This document shows positions 60,708 through 64,000 of a stretch of DNA of 64,000 bases, in pieces. How positions within the stretch are numbered: position 1 is the first letter of the stretch; every line of letters begins with the position of its first letter. The notes under the pieces were generated by a model that had not been told where the DNA came from, did not search any database, and was given only the letters and a program-made list of their open reading frames with translations. A program made the translations under genes and the position numbers. Location: the NCBI GenBank assembly GCA_045837725.1, contig JBEWZL010000145.1, positions 248,001 through 312,000 on the forward strand, in the 5' to 3' direction. This stretch comes from Vermamoeba vermiformis (lineage: Eukaryota).

Positions 60708-60765
60708 AGCGTTGTTCATAATTGACATAAACTTCGGTTGAATTGTACACCTGCCTTTTGTTTAT

Positions 60766-63619
<2,854 letters not shown>

Positions 63620-64000
63620 GAATTGTTAGTATTTTCTTTTGTTGTGAGGGCTGTGCTAGAGTATGATGATTGCTCTTGTAATGGTCTTGCGCTTTTCAGT
63701 AAGTTAAATGAAAAATCAATAACTTTTCGAAGACCACGTTTTTTGGATCGGATCGCAAAAATTTTATTTACAAAAAATGCACAAATTACTAACTCGCGTG
63801 ATAAATCTTCAACACACGAGTGATCTGATTGTTGCACACAGGACACTGTTTGAGCTGTTTGGTCGTTGTGCAGTCATGACACACGATCAAATGATTGCAC
63901 TCTAACAGCACCACATTGGCCGTATTGTCCATACATATGCAGCACAGTGATTGTTCCTCTAACTTATTAATCTTATCGTGCTTGGCCTTCAGATCACGCT

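Overview
Gene-dense eukaryotic nuclear DNA with about 34 protein genes, short spliceosomal introns (mostly 45-60 nt), AT-rich 5' ends and GC-richer gene bodies. Gene content suggests a free-living amoebozoan-type protist (inference). Most genes are housekeeping: RRP46, G-beta, APE1, TTLL, Rab-GDI, EEF1AKMT2, TRA2-like, RPP21, GEP4, ELOVL, DDI1, PPR, AP5M1, TMEM39, KHDC4, RPL28, TFB4, CstF-77, TGS1. The ORF track misses several features found by manual splicing. (1) A spliced, apparently non-coding 5'TOP-type host transcript has one box C/D snoRNA in each of three consecutive introns (25.0-25.9 kb). (2) A selenoprotein S has an in-frame UGA and a SECIS hairpin. (3) One protein joins a linker-histone H1 globular domain, AT-hooks, SPKK motifs and an intact methyl-CpG-binding domain. 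(4) A myosin tail carries an ELMO module plus a DH-PH RhoGEF. (5) A second Rpp21-family gene resembles C18orf21/RMP24 and has a 30-bp coding tandem repeat. (6) An ankyrin-SET protein has a chlamydia-like SET domain. (7) The 12-bp palindrome TGACACGTGTCA occurs at least nine times, mostly in introns. Gene models were spliced by eye and family calls rest on remembered motifs; no database search was run.
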